DNA of 64,000 nucleotides. It comes from an uncultured Planctomycetia bacterium. GTDB taxonomy: Bacteria > Omnitrophota > Gorgyraeia > Gorgyraeales > Gorgyraeaceae. Both the position numbers and the translations under genes were made by a program. Below the pieces are notes generated by a model. That model was not told where the DNA came from. It saw only the letters and a list, made by a program, of their open reading frames with translations, and did not search any database. How positions within the stretch are numbered: position 1 is the first letter of the stretch; every line of letters begins with the position of its first letter. The stretch lies in NCBI GenBank assembly GCA_964415355.1, contig CAYPYS010000007.1, positions 11,208 through 75,207 of the forward strand, in the 5' to 3' direction. This document shows positions 27,115 through 37,564 of the stretch, one piece after another.

Positions 27115-28599
27115 CTATCGGGGCTTGGGCGTGTAATAGTAGATGCTTGCGTGGTAAAAATCCTGCCTTTCTTTTTGAATATAAAAATTTTCAATATAAT
27201 TTAACATGGGTTCTGGATCCTTGACCCAATGCGTAACGACGAGTCGGAGATTATTTTTATGCGCAGCAAGATCTTCTTCGTCAAATAGATTTTTAAGATC
27301 AAAAAGATCATTTACGGCCCTTACCTTGTTCCCCCATTTATAGTAGGTATCTATGAAGTTCATTTCTGATGTTTTATTGTTCATAATGTAAAGAGGTAAA
27401 TCAGCATAGTATGCGAATGGCATCTTTTGTGCAATCGGGGCTATTATGGTTATATCTCCGAGTTGAGTATTATCGCTCATATAGGCTACCATATGCCTCC
27501 ACGGTATCTTTGAATCTTTGTTATAATAGGTATGCAGAGATGATGCGGTAAATATTACTATAAGTAGAATCAGGCAATTTTTAAGATATTTGGTCTTTAT
27601 AGAGCTAAGACCCTTGGCAGCAAAGATATAATAAGCTGCAGAGGCAAAGATGGCATATCTTGTTACGTAAACAGGAAAAAACATAACTGAGAAGAAGAAA
27701 AGAGTGACTATAGGAAAACCCAGCCACAAGAGTAAAAGCCAACCCTTTTTTTTCTTAAGTAGCATCAGACCCCTTAGGGAAAGCAGGAACAATGTTGAAT
27801 TATATATCCAGAAAAGCCATATAGACATGGTATTTTTCATATACTTACCAGCAGCGCCGGAGCCAAAGACAACAAAAGTCTTTGCTAAAGCGCTTAGATC
27901 TGTCTTGGCTATCCAGGCAGTCCTGTCGCCAATATCAGGCATTTGCTGTAAATGGCCGATCTGGATTATGGCCCAGGGCAGAAGGGTCAAAAGAATTATC
28001 GATTGGATGGTAAGCCATTTAACAATATTGCGTCGTCTTATGAAGAAAAAATAATATAGATTCTGAAAGACGAGGACAAAAAGGCCTAATATATGAGTGA
28101 AGACAAGCAGGCTGTTTACGATAATATAGAAAACAAATGTTTTAGTTTTATTTTTTTTCATTATTTTGATAAAAAGCAACATAGAAAGAATGGTCAAGAA
28201 TACAAATAGGCTATAAGACCTTGCTTCCTGGGAGTAATAAATATGAAACATTGATACGGAAAGAATAAATGCACTGTATAACCCGACCTTTCTATCCAGC
28301 AGATCTCGCCCTACCTTATAAATAAGAAGAATAGATAGCGCCCCAAAGATCACGGATAAGAATCTTACCGCAAATTCACTTTTGCCAAAAAGGCCTGTCC
28401 AGCATTTCAATAGTATGAAATAAAATGGCGGAGTATGGTAGGTGCGGGTAGATATGTAGGATAGCTTTGCTCCAGATACTGCAATACTTTGCGCTTCATC
28501 ATACCAAATGCTTTGAGAGGATAAATTATATACCCTGAGGCATATGCCCAGCAGTATAATGAAGGATAGGATTATATAAGGACTGTTTCTTTTTATCAT
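27115..28599 (-). CDS. Glycosyltransferase family 39 (ArnT/PMT-like) polytopic membrane protein
   Basis: 494 aa with more than 10 hydrophobic segments and a first-loop 'WYDEAQS' motif typical of GT-C/GT39. This is the only minus-strand gene in the window. Confidence 0.7.
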   Translation of the reverse strand: MIKRNSPYIILSFIILLGICLRVYNLSSQSIWYDEAQSIAVSGAKLSYISTRTYHTPPFYFILLKCWTGLFGKSEFAVRFLSVIFGALSILLIYKVGRDLLDRKVGLYSAFILSVSMFHIYYSQEARSYSLFVFLTILSMLLFIKIMKKNKTKTFVFYIIVNSLLVFTHILGLFVLVFQNLYYFFFIRRRNIVKWLTIQSIILLTLLPWAIIQIGHLQQMPDIGDRTAWIAKTDLSALAKTFVVFGSGAAGKYMKNTMSIWLFWIYNSTLFLLSLRGLMLLKKKKGWLLLLWLGFPIVTLFFFSVMFFPVYVTRYAIFASAAYYIFAAKGLSSIKTKYLKNCLILLIVIFTASSLHTYYNKDSKIPWRHMVAYMSDNTQLGDITIIAPIAQKMPFAYYADLPLYIMNNKTSEMNFIDTYYKWGNKVRAVNDLFDLKNLFDEEDLAAHKNNLRLVVTHWVKDPEPMLNYIENFYIQKERQDFYHASIYYYTPKPR

Positions 28600-28675
28600 G
28601 GTTAATTATGTATATAGCTTAGCGGATTCTATGGTTTTATACAAGTATTTTAGATTAGAATCATTAAGATTTTTC

Positions 28676-28705
28676 TTGACAGGTGAGGGGAGCTTATAGT
28701 ATATT
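28676..28705 (+). promoter_or_regulatory. Candidate promoter for rimP-nusA-infB
   Basis: TTGACA (28676-28681), 18-nt spacer, TATATT (28700-28705), in the only divergent intergenic region of the window. Confidence 0.4.
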
Positions 28706-28748
28706 GTAGCTACTCTTACGACAAAAAGGGAGGAGTAAGAGGATTAAA

Positions 28749-29231
28749 GTGGGTAGAAGTTTCACCCGCTTTTTTTATTTTATGACAGATAAAATCAGAG
28801 AACTAATACAGTCGGCGTTGGAAGAAGAAGGCGCGGAGCTCGTCGAGCTTATATATAGGAAAGAGGCAGGCAGGCAGGTGCTGCGGTTGCTTGTGGACAG
28901 AGAGGGCGGGATCACGCTGGAAGATTGCGTGGCCCTGAACGAACGCATAGGCAATTTGCTTGAGGAGAGCGATGCAATCACCGAGCGCTACGTGCTGGAA
29001 GTGGATTCACCAGGCATTGACAGGCCTTTTAAAGTAAAACGTGACTACGAGAGGGCGCTGGGGAGGCTTGTCAGGGTGAGTTTGAGCGAGGCTGTATTGG
29101 ATAAAAAAGAATATATAGGCAGGCTTGAGCAAGTGCTCGAAGATTCCATAAAGGTGAATGTGAAGAAAAAAGGGATTTTGGACATACCATTTACGAAGAT
29201 CACAAGGGCTAGACAGGAAGTTGAATTTTAA
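28749..29231 (+). CDS. rimP: Ribosome maturation factor RimP
   Basis: 'YVLEVDSPGIDRP' motif and rimP-nusA-infB synteny. The start is uncertain: GTG 28749 has SD aagagga, and ATG 28782 is the alternative. Confidence 0.8.
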   Translation: MGRSFTRFFYFMTDKIRELIQSALEEEGAELVELIYRKEAGRQVLRLLVDREGGITLEDCVALNERIGNLLEESDAITERYVLEVDSPGIDRPFKVKRDYERALGRLVRVSLSEAVLDKKEYIGRLEQVLEDSIKVNVKKKGILDIPFTKITRARQEVEF

Positions 29232-29239
29232 TACTACGC

Positions 29240-29277
29240 TAACTTTACATTTCAACAACGTTAAAGTGTAAAGTTAG
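29240..29277 (-). repeat. Palindromic repeat copy 22 (T1, rev)
   Basis: taactttacatttcaacaacgttaaagtgtaaagttag; 8 nt after the rimP stop. Confidence 0.9.
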
Positions 29278-29293
29278 TCTTAAGGAGTGGAAG

Positions 29294-30592
29294 ATGAATC
29301 AGGATTTACTTGTAATATTGGATGGCATTGAACGGGATAAGGGCATAAAGAAGGAGATTCTTATAAAGGCGATAGAGTCTGCTTTGATGAGCGCCGCGCG
29401 TAAAAAAATCGGTAAGCACATTACTGATATAAAAGTGGAGTTTGACTCAGAGACCGGAGACTTTAAGGTGTTTGGGCCTGACGGTGCAGAACTATCAGGT
29501 GATTTTGGGAGGATTTCTGCGCAGACAGCCAAGCAGGTCATTATACAGAAGATTCGTGAGGCAGAGCGCGATGTTGTGTTTGACGAATACCAGCATAAGG
29601 TGAATGATATTGCCTCTGGCAGCGTGCATAGATTCGAAAAAGGGACGATAGTCGTAGATCTGGGACGCGCAGAGGGGATACTGCCTCGGCGTGAGATTCC
29701 GCCGGATGAGGAATACAGGCAGGGTGACAGGATAAAGGCATTGATCCTCGGGGTAAAGAAGACGCCCAAGGGTCCTGAGATCTTGCTCTCGAGAACAAAT
29801 CCGGGACTAGTGAAGAGATTGTTCGAGCTCGAGGTGCCTGAGATTTACGAGGGTATTGTGGAGATAAAGTCTGTGTCTCGCGAGGCAGGTCGTCGTTCGA
29901 AGATCGCGGTCTATTCTAAGGATGATAAAGTTGATCCTGTTGGGGCGTGTGTTGGCATGCGAGGGCAGCGCGTGAAAAACATTGTCAGGGAATTAGGAGG
30001 CGAGAAGATCGACATAATACGTTGGGGTATTGATACAGGAGAGTTTATTTCCGCGAGCTTGAGTCCGGCAGAGATTTCTAGCGTGAGAGTGAACGAGGCT
30101 GATAAGAGGGCTGAGGTGATAGTGGCGGATGACCAGCTGTCTCTTGCAATCGGGAAGAAGGGGCAGAACGTGAGGCTTGCTGCAAAGCTGACAGGATGGA
30201 ACATTGATATAAGGAGCAAGGGCGAAATCGATAAGGTAAAGGAGATTTCGATCAGTGAGATAGAAGGCGTGGGCGCTAAGACAGAAAAAGCGCTCAAGAA
30301 AGCTGGATTTAAGACTGCGGGTGATATTGCGGCTGCAGACGTGAAGGCGCTTACGAAAGCAGAAGGCGTTGGCAAGAAAACGGCAGAGAAGATAATGAAA
30401 TCAGTGAAGGAGCTTTTGGAGCAAAAGGTTCACGAGGCTCGAGATATCAAGAATAAAGAAAAGAAGGCAAAAGAGGAGGCAGAGAAGGCGCAGGCAGAGG
30501 CACAAGCGGAAGCAGAAGAAACAGAAGAGACAAAAGAGGGTGAAGAGGAAGAAGCGACCGAAGAAACAGAAGGCGGGGAAGAAAAATCTTAA
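29294..30592 (+). CDS. nusA: Transcription termination/antitermination factor NusA with an acidic C-terminal tail
   Basis: S1 and two KH motifs ('GACVGMRGQRVKNI', 'AIGKKGQNVRLA'), HhH-like 'IEGVGAKTEKAL', and a Glu-rich tail. Confidence 0.95.
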   Translation: MNQDLLVILDGIERDKGIKKEILIKAIESALMSAARKKIGKHITDIKVEFDSETGDFKVFGPDGAELSGDFGRISAQTAKQVIIQKIREAERDVVFDEYQHKVNDIASGSVHRFEKGTIVVDLGRAEGILPRREIPPDEEYRQGDRIKALILGVKKTPKGPEILLSRTNPGLVKRLFELEVPEIYEGIVEIKSVSREAGRRSKIAVYSKDDKVDPVGACVGMRGQRVKNIVRELGGEKIDIIRWGIDTGEFISASLSPAEISSVRVNEADKRAEVIVADDQLSLAIGKKGQNVRLAAKLTGWNIDIRSKGEIDKVKEISISEIEGVGAKTEKALKKAGFKTAGDIAAADVKALTKAEGVGKKTAEKIMKSVKELLEQKVHEARDIKNKEKKAKEEAEKAQAEAQAEAEETEETKEGEEEEATEETEGGEEKS

Positions 30593-30627
30593 CTTTACAC
30601 TTTAACGTTGTTGAAATGTAAAGTTAG
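30590..30627 (+). repeat. Palindromic repeat copy 23 (T1, fwd)
   Basis: taactttacactttaacgttgttgaaatgtaaagttag; TAA is the nusA stop. Confidence 0.9.
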
Positions 30628-30645
30628 GAAAGAAAGAGGGATGAG

Positions 30646-32838
30646 ATGGCTGTGCGCGTAAGTAAATTGGCTAAAGAATTAAAGCTTACAAGCAGTGAGC
30701 TTATTACGAAACTTCGCGCTCTTAAGGTAGAAGTCAAGGGCGCTACTAGTTCTCTTGATGATGAGACTGCGATTCTCGTGAAAGAAGAGCTTATGTCAAA
30801 GAAGTCGACCAAGAAGTCTAAGCCTGCAAAAACGACAAAGGCAGCAGCGAAAGGCAAGAAAAAAGAGGCGAAGGGCAAAAAAAAGACAGCGCCTGTTAAA
30901 AGAGTTGCTAAGGCACCTGTAAAGAAAAAGGAAAAAGCAAGAAAAGCAAAAACAGAAAAGCCAAAAGAGGCTGCGTCGGTTACTGTGGCGCCAGTTAAGC
31001 CGGCAACAATGACACGGGCAGAAGCAGTCTCGCCTGTAGTCCAAAAAGCAGAAAAAACAGAAGAAGCAGATAAAGACTTAGGCTTAAAAGTATTAAAGAT
31101 AGATATACCCGTTACAGTAAAAGAATTATCCATAAAGCTTCAGATAAAACCCAATGAATTAATAAAGAGATTTTTAAGTAAGAAGATCCTTGTCACCATA
31201 AATCAGTCGCTCGACGAGGAAAATGCGCAGTCTATTTGCAGGGAATACGGCTACAGGATCGAGAAGCTTCCTACTCAAGAAGAGGAGATTTTGGCGGATA
31301 GCGAGAAGGAAGATCCGTCAAAGTTAAGGCCGCGCGCGCCTATAGTGACTTTTATGGGGCATGTCGATCATGGCAAGACCTCGCTCCTGGATATGATCCG
31401 CAAGACAAAAGTCGTGGACAGGGAGGCAGGCGGCATCACCCAGCATATCGGTGCATACGAGGTGTCGCTCCCGAAAGGCAACGTTACTTTTCTGGATACG
31501 CCGGGCCATGCCGCATTCACTGCGATGCGCGCAAGGGGCGCGAACGTTACAGACGTGGTCGTGCTCGTCGTCGCCGCAGATGACGGTATCATGCCGCAGA
31601 CCGTGGAGGCGATCGATCATGCGCGCGCGGCAAACGTACCCATAGTCGTCGCTATAAATAAAATTGACAGGCAAAATATTAGCCTAGACAAGGTCAAGAA
31701 GCAGCTTGCCCAGCACGAACTTGCTCCAGAGGATTGGGGCGGAAAGACTATCACAGTCGGCGTATCGGCTAAGACAGGTCAGGGCATAGACGATCTTTTA
31801 GAGATGCTACTTTTAGAGGCAGAACTTTTGGAGCTGAAGGCCAATCCGGACAGGGACGCCAGCGGTATAGTGGTAGAGGCTGAACTTTCCAAAGGCAAAG
31901 GTCCTGTTGCGACCGTTTTGGTTTCAAAAGGCACTCTAAAGATCGGGGATACAGTTGTCGTAGGAGTTAATTACGGCAAGATAAAGGCGATGCTGGATGA
32001 TAATGGTCGCAGGGTGAGAGAGGCTGGGCCTGCGAAACCGGTTGAGATATTGGGACTTTCTGGCGTACCATTGGCAGGAGAGAGATTTTATGTAGTTTCC
32101 GACGAGAAAAAGGCAAGGAGTATCGTAACTGCTAGACGCATGGAAGAGGAAAAGAAAAAGCTTGAGGCCAGGGCTGGAAAGATCAGTCTGGAGGACCTTT
32201 ATAATAAGATCAAAGAAGGTGAAATAAAGGAGCTGAAGATCATTTTAAAAGCAGATGTACGTGGTTCGCTCGAGGCAGTCAAAGATTCTCTTGAAAAGTT
32301 GAGCACGAAAGAAGTAAAACTTTCTGTTATACACGGACAGGTCGGTAACATCAACGAGTCGGATATTATGCTCAGCTCTGCGTCTAACGCAGTAGTGCTG
32401 GGTTTTCACGTAAGCATAACGCCTGAAGCAAAGGCCCTTTCTAAGCGTGAAGGTGTTGACGTGAGGATTTATAATATAATTTATGAGGCAGTAGGCGACG
32501 TGCAGGCTGCCATGGAAGGGATGCTCGAGCCTATTATAGAGGAAACATTTTTAGGCAGGGCAGAAGTAAAACAGGTTTTTAAGGTTTCACGTGTCGGAAT
32601 CGTAGCAGGGTGTTTTATTACAAAGGGAGCCATACCGCGCAATGCAATGGCCAGGCTGGTAAGAAACAAAGAAGAGATTTTTAAAGGTAAAATTACGTCG
32701 TTGAAGCATGTGAAGGATGACATAAAAGAGGCGAGAGAGGGTTTCGAATGCGGCATCAGCCTCAGCTTTAACGATATTAAAAAAGGCGATATCATAGAGG
32801 CGATCGAAGTCAAAAAAGTCGCCCGAAGACTAAGGTAA
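30646..32838 (+). CDS. infB: Translation initiation factor IF-2
   Basis: Lys/Ala-rich N-region. G-domain '[12 protein letters not shown]', 'DTPGHAAF', 'NKID'. Confidence 0.95.
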   Translation: MAVRVSKLAKELKLTSSELITKLRALKVEVKGATSSLDDETAILVKEELMSKKSTKKSKPAKTTKAAAKGKKKEAKGKKKTAPVKRVAKAPVKKKEKARKAKTEKPKEAASVTVAPVKPATMTRAEAVSPVVQKAEKTEEADKDLGLKVLKIDIPVTVKELSIKLQIKPNELIKRFLSKKILVTINQSLDEENAQSICREYGYRIEKLPTQEEEILADSEKEDPSKLRPRAPIVTFMGHVDHGKTSLLDMIRKTKVVDREAGGITQHIGAYEVSLPKGNVTFLDTPGHAAFTAMRARGANVTDVVVLVVAADDGIMPQTVEAIDHARAANVPIVVAINKIDRQNISLDKVKKQLAQHELAPEDWGGKTITVGVSAKTGQGIDDLLEMLLLEAELLELKANPDRDASGIVVEAELSKGKGPVATVLVSKGTLKIGDTVVVGVNYGKIKAMLDDNGRRVREAGPAKPVEILGLSGVPLAGERFYVVSDEKKARSIVTARRMEEEKKKLEARAGKISLEDLYNKIKEGEIKELKIILKADVRGSLEAVKDSLEKLSTKEVKLSVIHGQVGNINESDIMLSSASNAVVLGFHVSITPEAKALSKREGVDVRIYNIIYEAVGDVQAAMEGMLEPIIEETFLGRAEVKQVFKVSRVGIVAGCFITKGAIPRNAMARLVRNKEEIFKGKITSLKHVKDDIKEAREGFECGISLSFNDIKKGDIIEAIEVKKVARRLR

Positions 32839-32873
32839 CTTTACACTTCAACAACGTTGAATTGTAAAGTTAG
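32836..32873 (-). repeat. Palindromic repeat copy 24 (T1 variant, rev)
   Basis: taactttacacttcaacaacgttgaattgtaaagttag; TAA is the infB stop. Confidence 0.85.
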
Positions 32874-32886
32874 GTGAGAGGCGCGT

Positions 32887-33867
32887 ATGAAGAAACGAAT
32901 TTTAAGCGGCATGCGACCGACTGGTCCTCTGCACCTCGGACATTTATTCGGCGCGTTGGATAACTGGGTGAAGCTCCAGAAGGAACATGATTGTTTATTC
33001 ATGATCGCTGACTGGCATGCATTGATGAGTGAATACAGGAATCCAGCTAAACTGCCTGATTACGCAATAGAATGCGCAGCAGACTGGATAGCGGCAGGCG
33101 TGGATCCTAATAAAAGCACGATATTCGTCCAGTCTCACGTAAAAGAACACCTTGAGCTTTACGCGACGTTTTCTAATTTTGTGCCGCTAGGCTGGCTGGA
33201 AAGATGCCCGACTTATAAAGAACAGTTGCGTGAGCTGGCTTCTCGCGAACTACATACGTATGGCTTTCTGGGATATCCTGTCCTTCAGGCAGCGGATATT
33301 TTGCTATACAAGGCAGACGCTGTGCCAGTCGGAAAAGACCAGTTGCCACACCTTGAGCTAACGAATGACATAGCGGCTAAATTCAATAATTTATATGGTA
33401 ATACATTTAAAGAGATAAAGCCGCTTTTGACAAAGATGTCAAAGCTTCTGGGAGTCGACGGCAGAAAGATGAGCAAGTCCTACGGGAATTTTATTGCGCT
33501 TGGCGACTCGGAAGACGAGATAAAGAAAAAATGCAGTCAGATGTTCACTGATCCTAAAAGGATAAAGCTTTCTGACAAAGGCCATCCAGACACGTGTAAT
33601 CTGTACGCGTATTTTAATCTGTTCAAAAAGGAATATGCGCCTGAGATATACGAATATTGCGCAAAGGCAAAAATAGGCTGTACAGAGTGTAAAAAAAATC
33701 TGGGCAGCGTGATTTCAGATTACCTTGCAGATATTAGATCAAAAAGAGAAAAGCTATTAAAAGACAAAAGCAAGCTTCGCGCAATTTTAGACCAGGGTTC
33801 AAAGAAGGCACAGAAGATCGCAACCAAGACTATGGCCGATGTCAGAAAAAAGACAGGCCTGATCTAA
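32887..33867 (+). CDS. trpS: Tryptophanyl-tRNA synthetase
   Basis: 'GMRPTGPLHLGH' (HIGH) and 'KMSKS' motifs; 326 aa. Confidence 0.95.
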   Translation: MKKRILSGMRPTGPLHLGHLFGALDNWVKLQKEHDCLFMIADWHALMSEYRNPAKLPDYAIECAADWIAAGVDPNKSTIFVQSHVKEHLELYATFSNFVPLGWLERCPTYKEQLRELASRELHTYGFLGYPVLQAADILLYKADAVPVGKDQLPHLELTNDIAAKFNNLYGNTFKEIKPLLTKMSKLLGVDGRKMSKSYGNFIALGDSEDEIKKKCSQMFTDPKRIKLSDKGHPDTCNLYAYFNLFKKEYAPEIYEYCAKAKIGCTECKKNLGSVISDYLADIRSKREKLLKDKSKLRAILDQGSKKAQKIATKTMADVRKKTGLI

Positions 33868-33903
33868 CTTTACACTTTAACGTTGTTGAAATGTAAAGTT
33901 AAG
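33865..33903 (+). repeat. Palindromic repeat copy 25 (T1, fwd)
   Basis: taactttacactttaacgttgttgaaatgtaaagttaag; TAA is the trpS stop. Confidence 0.9.
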
Positions 33904-33920
33904 CGTTTATATCGTATCTT

Positions 33921-34643
33921 ATGTCATATAAAGTAAAGCTTGAGGTTTTTGAAGGTCCGCTGGATTTATTGTTATATCTTATAAAGAAGAATGAAATAGA
34001 TATTTACGATATACCCATTGCTGCGATCACGGAACAATATCTTGAATATCTCGAATTGATGCGCATGCTAGATCTGAACATCGCAGGAGAGTTCCTGGTG
34101 ATGGCAGCTACGCTGATTCACATAAAGAGCAAAATGCTCTTGCCTCCTGAAGAGAGCGAGATCTTGCCGGAAGACGAAGAGGATCCGCGCGAGGAGCTTG
34201 TGAGGCGCCTTCTAGAGTATAAAAAATTCAAAGAGGCTGCAGGCGTGCTTCAGGACCTGGAGGGACATCGTAAGAAGATGTATACTAGGACTGTTGCGCT
34301 GGACGTCGATCCAAACGAGAAATTTTTTGAAGCGAGTTTGTTTGATCTTATAACAGCCCTTACAAGGGTCTTGAAGGATGTCCCAAAGGAGGTCTTTCAG
34401 GAGATCATAAAGGATGAGTTTACAGTGGAGCAGAAGATCCACGATCTTTTGCATATTTTAGTGGATACGCCGCGCATGTATCTCTCGGAGCTTTTCAAGA
34501 ACGCAAAAAACAAGCTGGAGATCATAGCGACGTTTCTCGCGGTGTTGGAGCTTATAAGGATGAAGGAGATCATCGTAGGCCAGAAGAAGAGCTTTAGTGA
34601 GATCGAGGTAATACGCAACGAAAAACACCGACTACGCACTTAA
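33921..34643 (+). CDS. scpA: Segregation and condensation protein A (kleisin)
   Basis: 'FEGPLDLLLYLIKKNEIDIYDIPI' N-terminus and 'LAVLELIR' C-terminus. Confidence 0.85.
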   Translation: MSYKVKLEVFEGPLDLLLYLIKKNEIDIYDIPIAAITEQYLEYLELMRMLDLNIAGEFLVMAATLIHIKSKMLLPPEESEILPEDEEDPREELVRRLLEYKKFKEAAGVLQDLEGHRKKMYTRTVALDVDPNEKFFEASLFDLITALTRVLKDVPKEVFQEIIKDEFTVEQKIHDLLHILVDTPRMYLSELFKNAKNKLEIIATFLAVLELIRMKEIIVGQKKSFSEIEVIRNEKHRLRT

Positions 34644-34678
34644 CTTTACACTTCAACAACGTTAAAGTGTAAAGTTAG
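34641..34678 (-). repeat. Palindromic repeat copy 26 (T1, rev variant)
   Basis: taactttacacttcaacaacgttaaagtgtaaagttag; TAA is the scpA stop. Confidence 0.9.
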
Positions 34679-34688
34679 GAAAGAGACA

Positions 34689-35333
34689 ATGGATAAGGAA
34701 CAGGTAAAACATATAATAGAGGCTATGCTTTTCGTGAGCGACAAGCCTTTATTTGTCAACGAGATCAAAGGCGTGCTGGAAGATGTTGACGCCCGCCAGG
34801 TAAAAGATACCCTGGTTGAATTGGCAAAGGAGTACGAGGATATAAACAGGGCTTTTAGAATAAAGGAAATAGCCGGAGGCTACCAGATCGTGACCAATAC
34901 AACGTTGGCGCCTTGGCTCAAGAAATTATACAAGACGTCTGGCGCAGACAGGTTGACTGGCCCGAGCCTGGAGACCCTGGCTATAGTGGCGTATAAGCAG
35001 CCGGCGACAAAGCCCGAGATCGAAGCGATAAGAGGCGTGAATGTGGACGGGGTATTAAAGACGCTGATTGAAAAAAGCCTTGTAAAGATCGTCGGCAGAA
35101 GAGAAACAGTGGGCAGGCCCATACTCTATGGCACGACATCGGAATTTTTACAATATTTTGGCCTGAATTCTCTGGAGGAATTGCCAAAGTTAGAGGAGTT
35201 TAACATAACGGAAAAGGATATCGAGTTACCAGAACATTTAAAGCAGGAAGAAGATGGCGGCAGTCAGCAGGATGAGAGTCGCCAGGAGGAGAAGCAAGAT
35301 GAAGTTAATCAATCTTCGGAAGAAAATAGATAA
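34689..35333 (+). CDS. scpB: Segregation and condensation protein B
   Basis: 'IEAMLFVSDKPL', 'LETLAIVAYKQPATKPEIEAIRGV', and an acidic tail. Confidence 0.85.
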   Translation: MDKEQVKHIIEAMLFVSDKPLFVNEIKGVLEDVDARQVKDTLVELAKEYEDINRAFRIKEIAGGYQIVTNTTLAPWLKKLYKTSGADRLTGPSLETLAIVAYKQPATKPEIEAIRGVNVDGVLKTLIEKSLVKIVGRRETVGRPILYGTTSEFLQYFGLNSLEELPKLEEFNITEKDIELPEHLKQEEDGGSQQDESRQEEKQDEVNQSSEENR

Positions 35334-36357
35334 TATTGACGGGCAGATCGTCCGGCTTTTGAATAAACGGGCGACTGTAGCCAAAAAGGTTGGAAAATTA
35401 AAGAGTCGCACAGGCGCAGGTATATATGTCCCTGACAGAGAAGTGGAGATATATAATAACATTTTAAAAAAGAGCAAAGGTCCGCTTTCCAAAAGCGCCC
35501 TGAAAGCGATTTATACAGAGATAATGTCCGGCTCTATTTCTCTTGAGAAAAATTTAAAGATAGCGTATCTGGGGCCAGAGGCAACGTTTACTAATCTTGC
35601 GGCCAAAAAGAAATTCGGCAGTCAGGTTGAATATTCTCCCTGTAATACTATTACAGAGGTCTTTAGAGAAGTAGAGGTTTCGAGCTCTGATTATGGGGTG
35701 GTACCGGTCGAGAACTCCATAGAAGGCGCGGTGACTCATACGCTTGATATGTTCATCGATTCAGATCTAAAGATATGTTCTGAAGTGTCGCTTGAGATCG
35801 CGCATAATCTTATAGGCAAGACGAATCTAAAGTCTGTAAAGCGGGTGTACTCAAATCCGCAGGTCTTCGGCCAGTGCAGGAATTGGCTGGATTCGAATTT
35901 GCGCGGCATAGAGTTTATCGAGGTTTCGACTACGAGCAGGGCTGCGGAGATAGCGTCGCGGGAAAAAGGTTCATGCGCTATCGCCAGTATACTCGCGGCT
36001 GAAAAATATAAACTCAGGGTTCTTGCGAGAGATATAGAGGACAATGCGCATAATATCACGCGTTTTCTTGTGATCGGGCTTCGCATTCCGGCTCCGACAA
36101 AGAAAGACAAGACCTCTATAATGTTTTCTGTGAAGGATAGGGTGGGAGCGCTTCACGACATGCTGGCGCCTTTCAAGAAAAATAAAGTAAATCTCACAAA
36201 GATAGAATCCAGGCCTTCGAAGAAAAAGGCATGGCAATATTACTTCTTCGTTGACATGTTTGGCCATTACGAGGACACCAATGTCAAGAAGGCGATAAAG
36301 GGACTTGCGCAGCATTGTGCATTTTTAAAGGTTCTGGGCTCATACCCTAGGCCCTAA
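35299..36357 (+). CDS. pheA: Bifunctional chorismate mutase / prephenate dehydratase (P-protein)
   Basis: CM helix 'LRKKIDNIDGQIVRLLNKRA'; PDT 'IAYLGPEATFTNLAA', 'NITRFLVIG'; ACT 'FSVKDRVGALHDML', 'ESRPS'. ATG 35299 with SD aggagga overlaps the scpB end by 35 nt; the ORF-track start is 35254. Confidence 0.85.
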   Translation: MKLINLRKKIDNIDGQIVRLLNKRATVAKKVGKLKSRTGAGIYVPDREVEIYNNILKKSKGPLSKSALKAIYTEIMSGSISLEKNLKIAYLGPEATFTNLAAKKKFGSQVEYSPCNTITEVFREVEVSSSDYGVVPVENSIEGAVTHTLDMFIDSDLKICSEVSLEIAHNLIGKTNLKSVKRVYSNPQVFGQCRNWLDSNLRGIEFIEVSTTSRAAEIASREKGSCAIASILAAEKYKLRVLARDIEDNAHNITRFLVIGLRIPAPTKKDKTSIMFSVKDRVGALHDMLAPFKKNKVNLTKIESRPSKKKAWQYYFFVDMFGHYEDTNVKKAIKGLAQHCAFLKVLGSYPRP

Positions 36358-36391
36358 CTTTACATTTTAACGTTGTTGAAATGTAAACTTA
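36355..36391 (+). repeat. Palindromic repeat copy 27 (T1, fwd)
   Basis: taactttacattttaacgttgttgaaatgtaaactta; TAA is the pheA stop. Confidence 0.9.
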
Positions 36392-36392
36392 C

Positions 36393-36429
36393 TAACTTTA
36401 CACTTTAACAACGTTAAAATGTAAAGTTA
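36393..36429 (-). repeat. Palindromic repeat copy 28 (T1, rev), 1 nt after copy 27
   Basis: taactttacactttaacaacgttaaaatgtaaagtta. Confidence 0.9.
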
Positions 36430-36440
36430 CAATAAAAATT

Positions 36441-37517
36441 ATGTTGGCTAGAAAAACTATATTAAATATAAAACCATATAAACCGGGGAAGCCTATCGAA
36501 GAGGTGAGGCGCGAGCTGGGACTAAAGGATGTCATTAAGATGGCTTCCAACGAGAACCCGCTTGGCCCGTCTCCAGAAGCATTGTCCGCGATAAAAAAAT
36601 ACCTCAATAATATAAACAGGTATCCTGAGAGTGGGTGTTTTTATCTACGGCAGGCCCTCTCCAGGAGGCTGAAGGTAAAACCGGAGCAGATTATTTTTGG
36701 AAACGGCTCTGACGAGTTGATTATTCTGGCGTTGCGAGCGTTCGTAGGCGAAGGTGACGAAGTGGTTGTTGCGAAGCCTACCTTTTTGATATATGAGATA
36801 GCTTCTAAGATCCAGGGCGCAAAGATAAAGAGCGTGCCGACTCGATATTTCAAGTATGATCTAAAGGCAATGAAGGCCGCGGTGAACAAGAATACAAAAC
36901 TGGTCTTTATCGCAAATCCCGACAATCCCAACAGTACTTATGTTGCAAAATATGAATTGGAGGCGTTTCTGAAAGATCTGCCGTCTCAAGTCATTGTTTT
37001 TATAGACGAGGCATATTTTGATTATGTCCAGGAAAGGAATTATCCTAACGGAATGGATTACATTTCCAAGAATGTAATAGTGACGAGAAGCTTTTCAAAA
37101 TCATATGGGCTGGCTGGCTTGAGGATTGGCTACGGTGTCTCTAAGCCGGAAATAATTAAATGCATGGATTCCGTAAGGGAACCGTTTAATGTGAATTCAA
37201 TGGCGCAGGTCGGGGCATTGGGAGCGCTTAAGGACAAGAAATTTCTCTCGCGGACGAAAAAACTGACACAAGACGGGAAAAAGTTTTTATACTCTGAGTT
37301 TAGCAAGCTTGGCCTGAGATATGTACCCAGCGTTACCAACTTTGTGTTGTTCGAGGTCGGCAGGGATGCCGATAATATATGCAAGGCGCTTTTGAAAAAA
37401 GGCGTTATCGTGCGCAACATGAAGGCATGGGGAATGGATAGTTTTATACGCGTAACAGTGGGCAAAGAAAAAGAAAACAAGAGATTCATAAAAGAACTAA
37501 AAAAGGCAATCTCTTAA
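36441..37517 (+). CDS. hisC: Histidinol-phosphate/aromatic aminotransferase (class II)
   Basis: 'MASNENPLGPSP' and PLP-Lys context 'RSFSKSYGLAGLRIGY'. Embedded in the aromatic biosynthesis cluster. Confidence 0.8.
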   Translation: MLARKTILNIKPYKPGKPIEEVRRELGLKDVIKMASNENPLGPSPEALSAIKKYLNNINRYPESGCFYLRQALSRRLKVKPEQIIFGNGSDELIILALRAFVGEGDEVVVAKPTFLIYEIASKIQGAKIKSVPTRYFKYDLKAMKAAVNKNTKLVFIANPDNPNSTYVAKYELEAFLKDLPSQVIVFIDEAYFDYVQERNYPNGMDYISKNVIVTRSFSKSYGLAGLRIGYGVSKPEIIKCMDSVREPFNVNSMAQVGALGALKDKKFLSRTKKLTQDGKKFLYSEFSKLGLRYVPSVTNFVLFEVGRDADNICKALLKKGVIVRNMKAWGMDSFIRVTVGKEKENKRFIKELKKAIS

Positions 37518-37552
37518 CTTTACATTTCAACAACGTTAAAGTGTAAAGTTAG
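37515..37552 (-). repeat. Palindromic repeat copy 29 (T1, rev)
   Basis: taactttacatttcaacaacgttaaagtgtaaagttag; TAA is the hisC stop. Confidence 0.9.
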
Positions 37553-37564
37553 GTCGGAGGAAAT

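Noticed and set aside
30624-31133. Long antisense or alternative-frame ORFs inside real genes (for example 30624-31133 -, 38588-39145 -, 47457-48062 -, 57672-58193 -, 2435-2830 -, 17605-17790 +).
   Set aside because: They overlap strongly supported CDS and have low-complexity or biased composition typical of shadow frames. They lack SD sequences and recognisable motifs.
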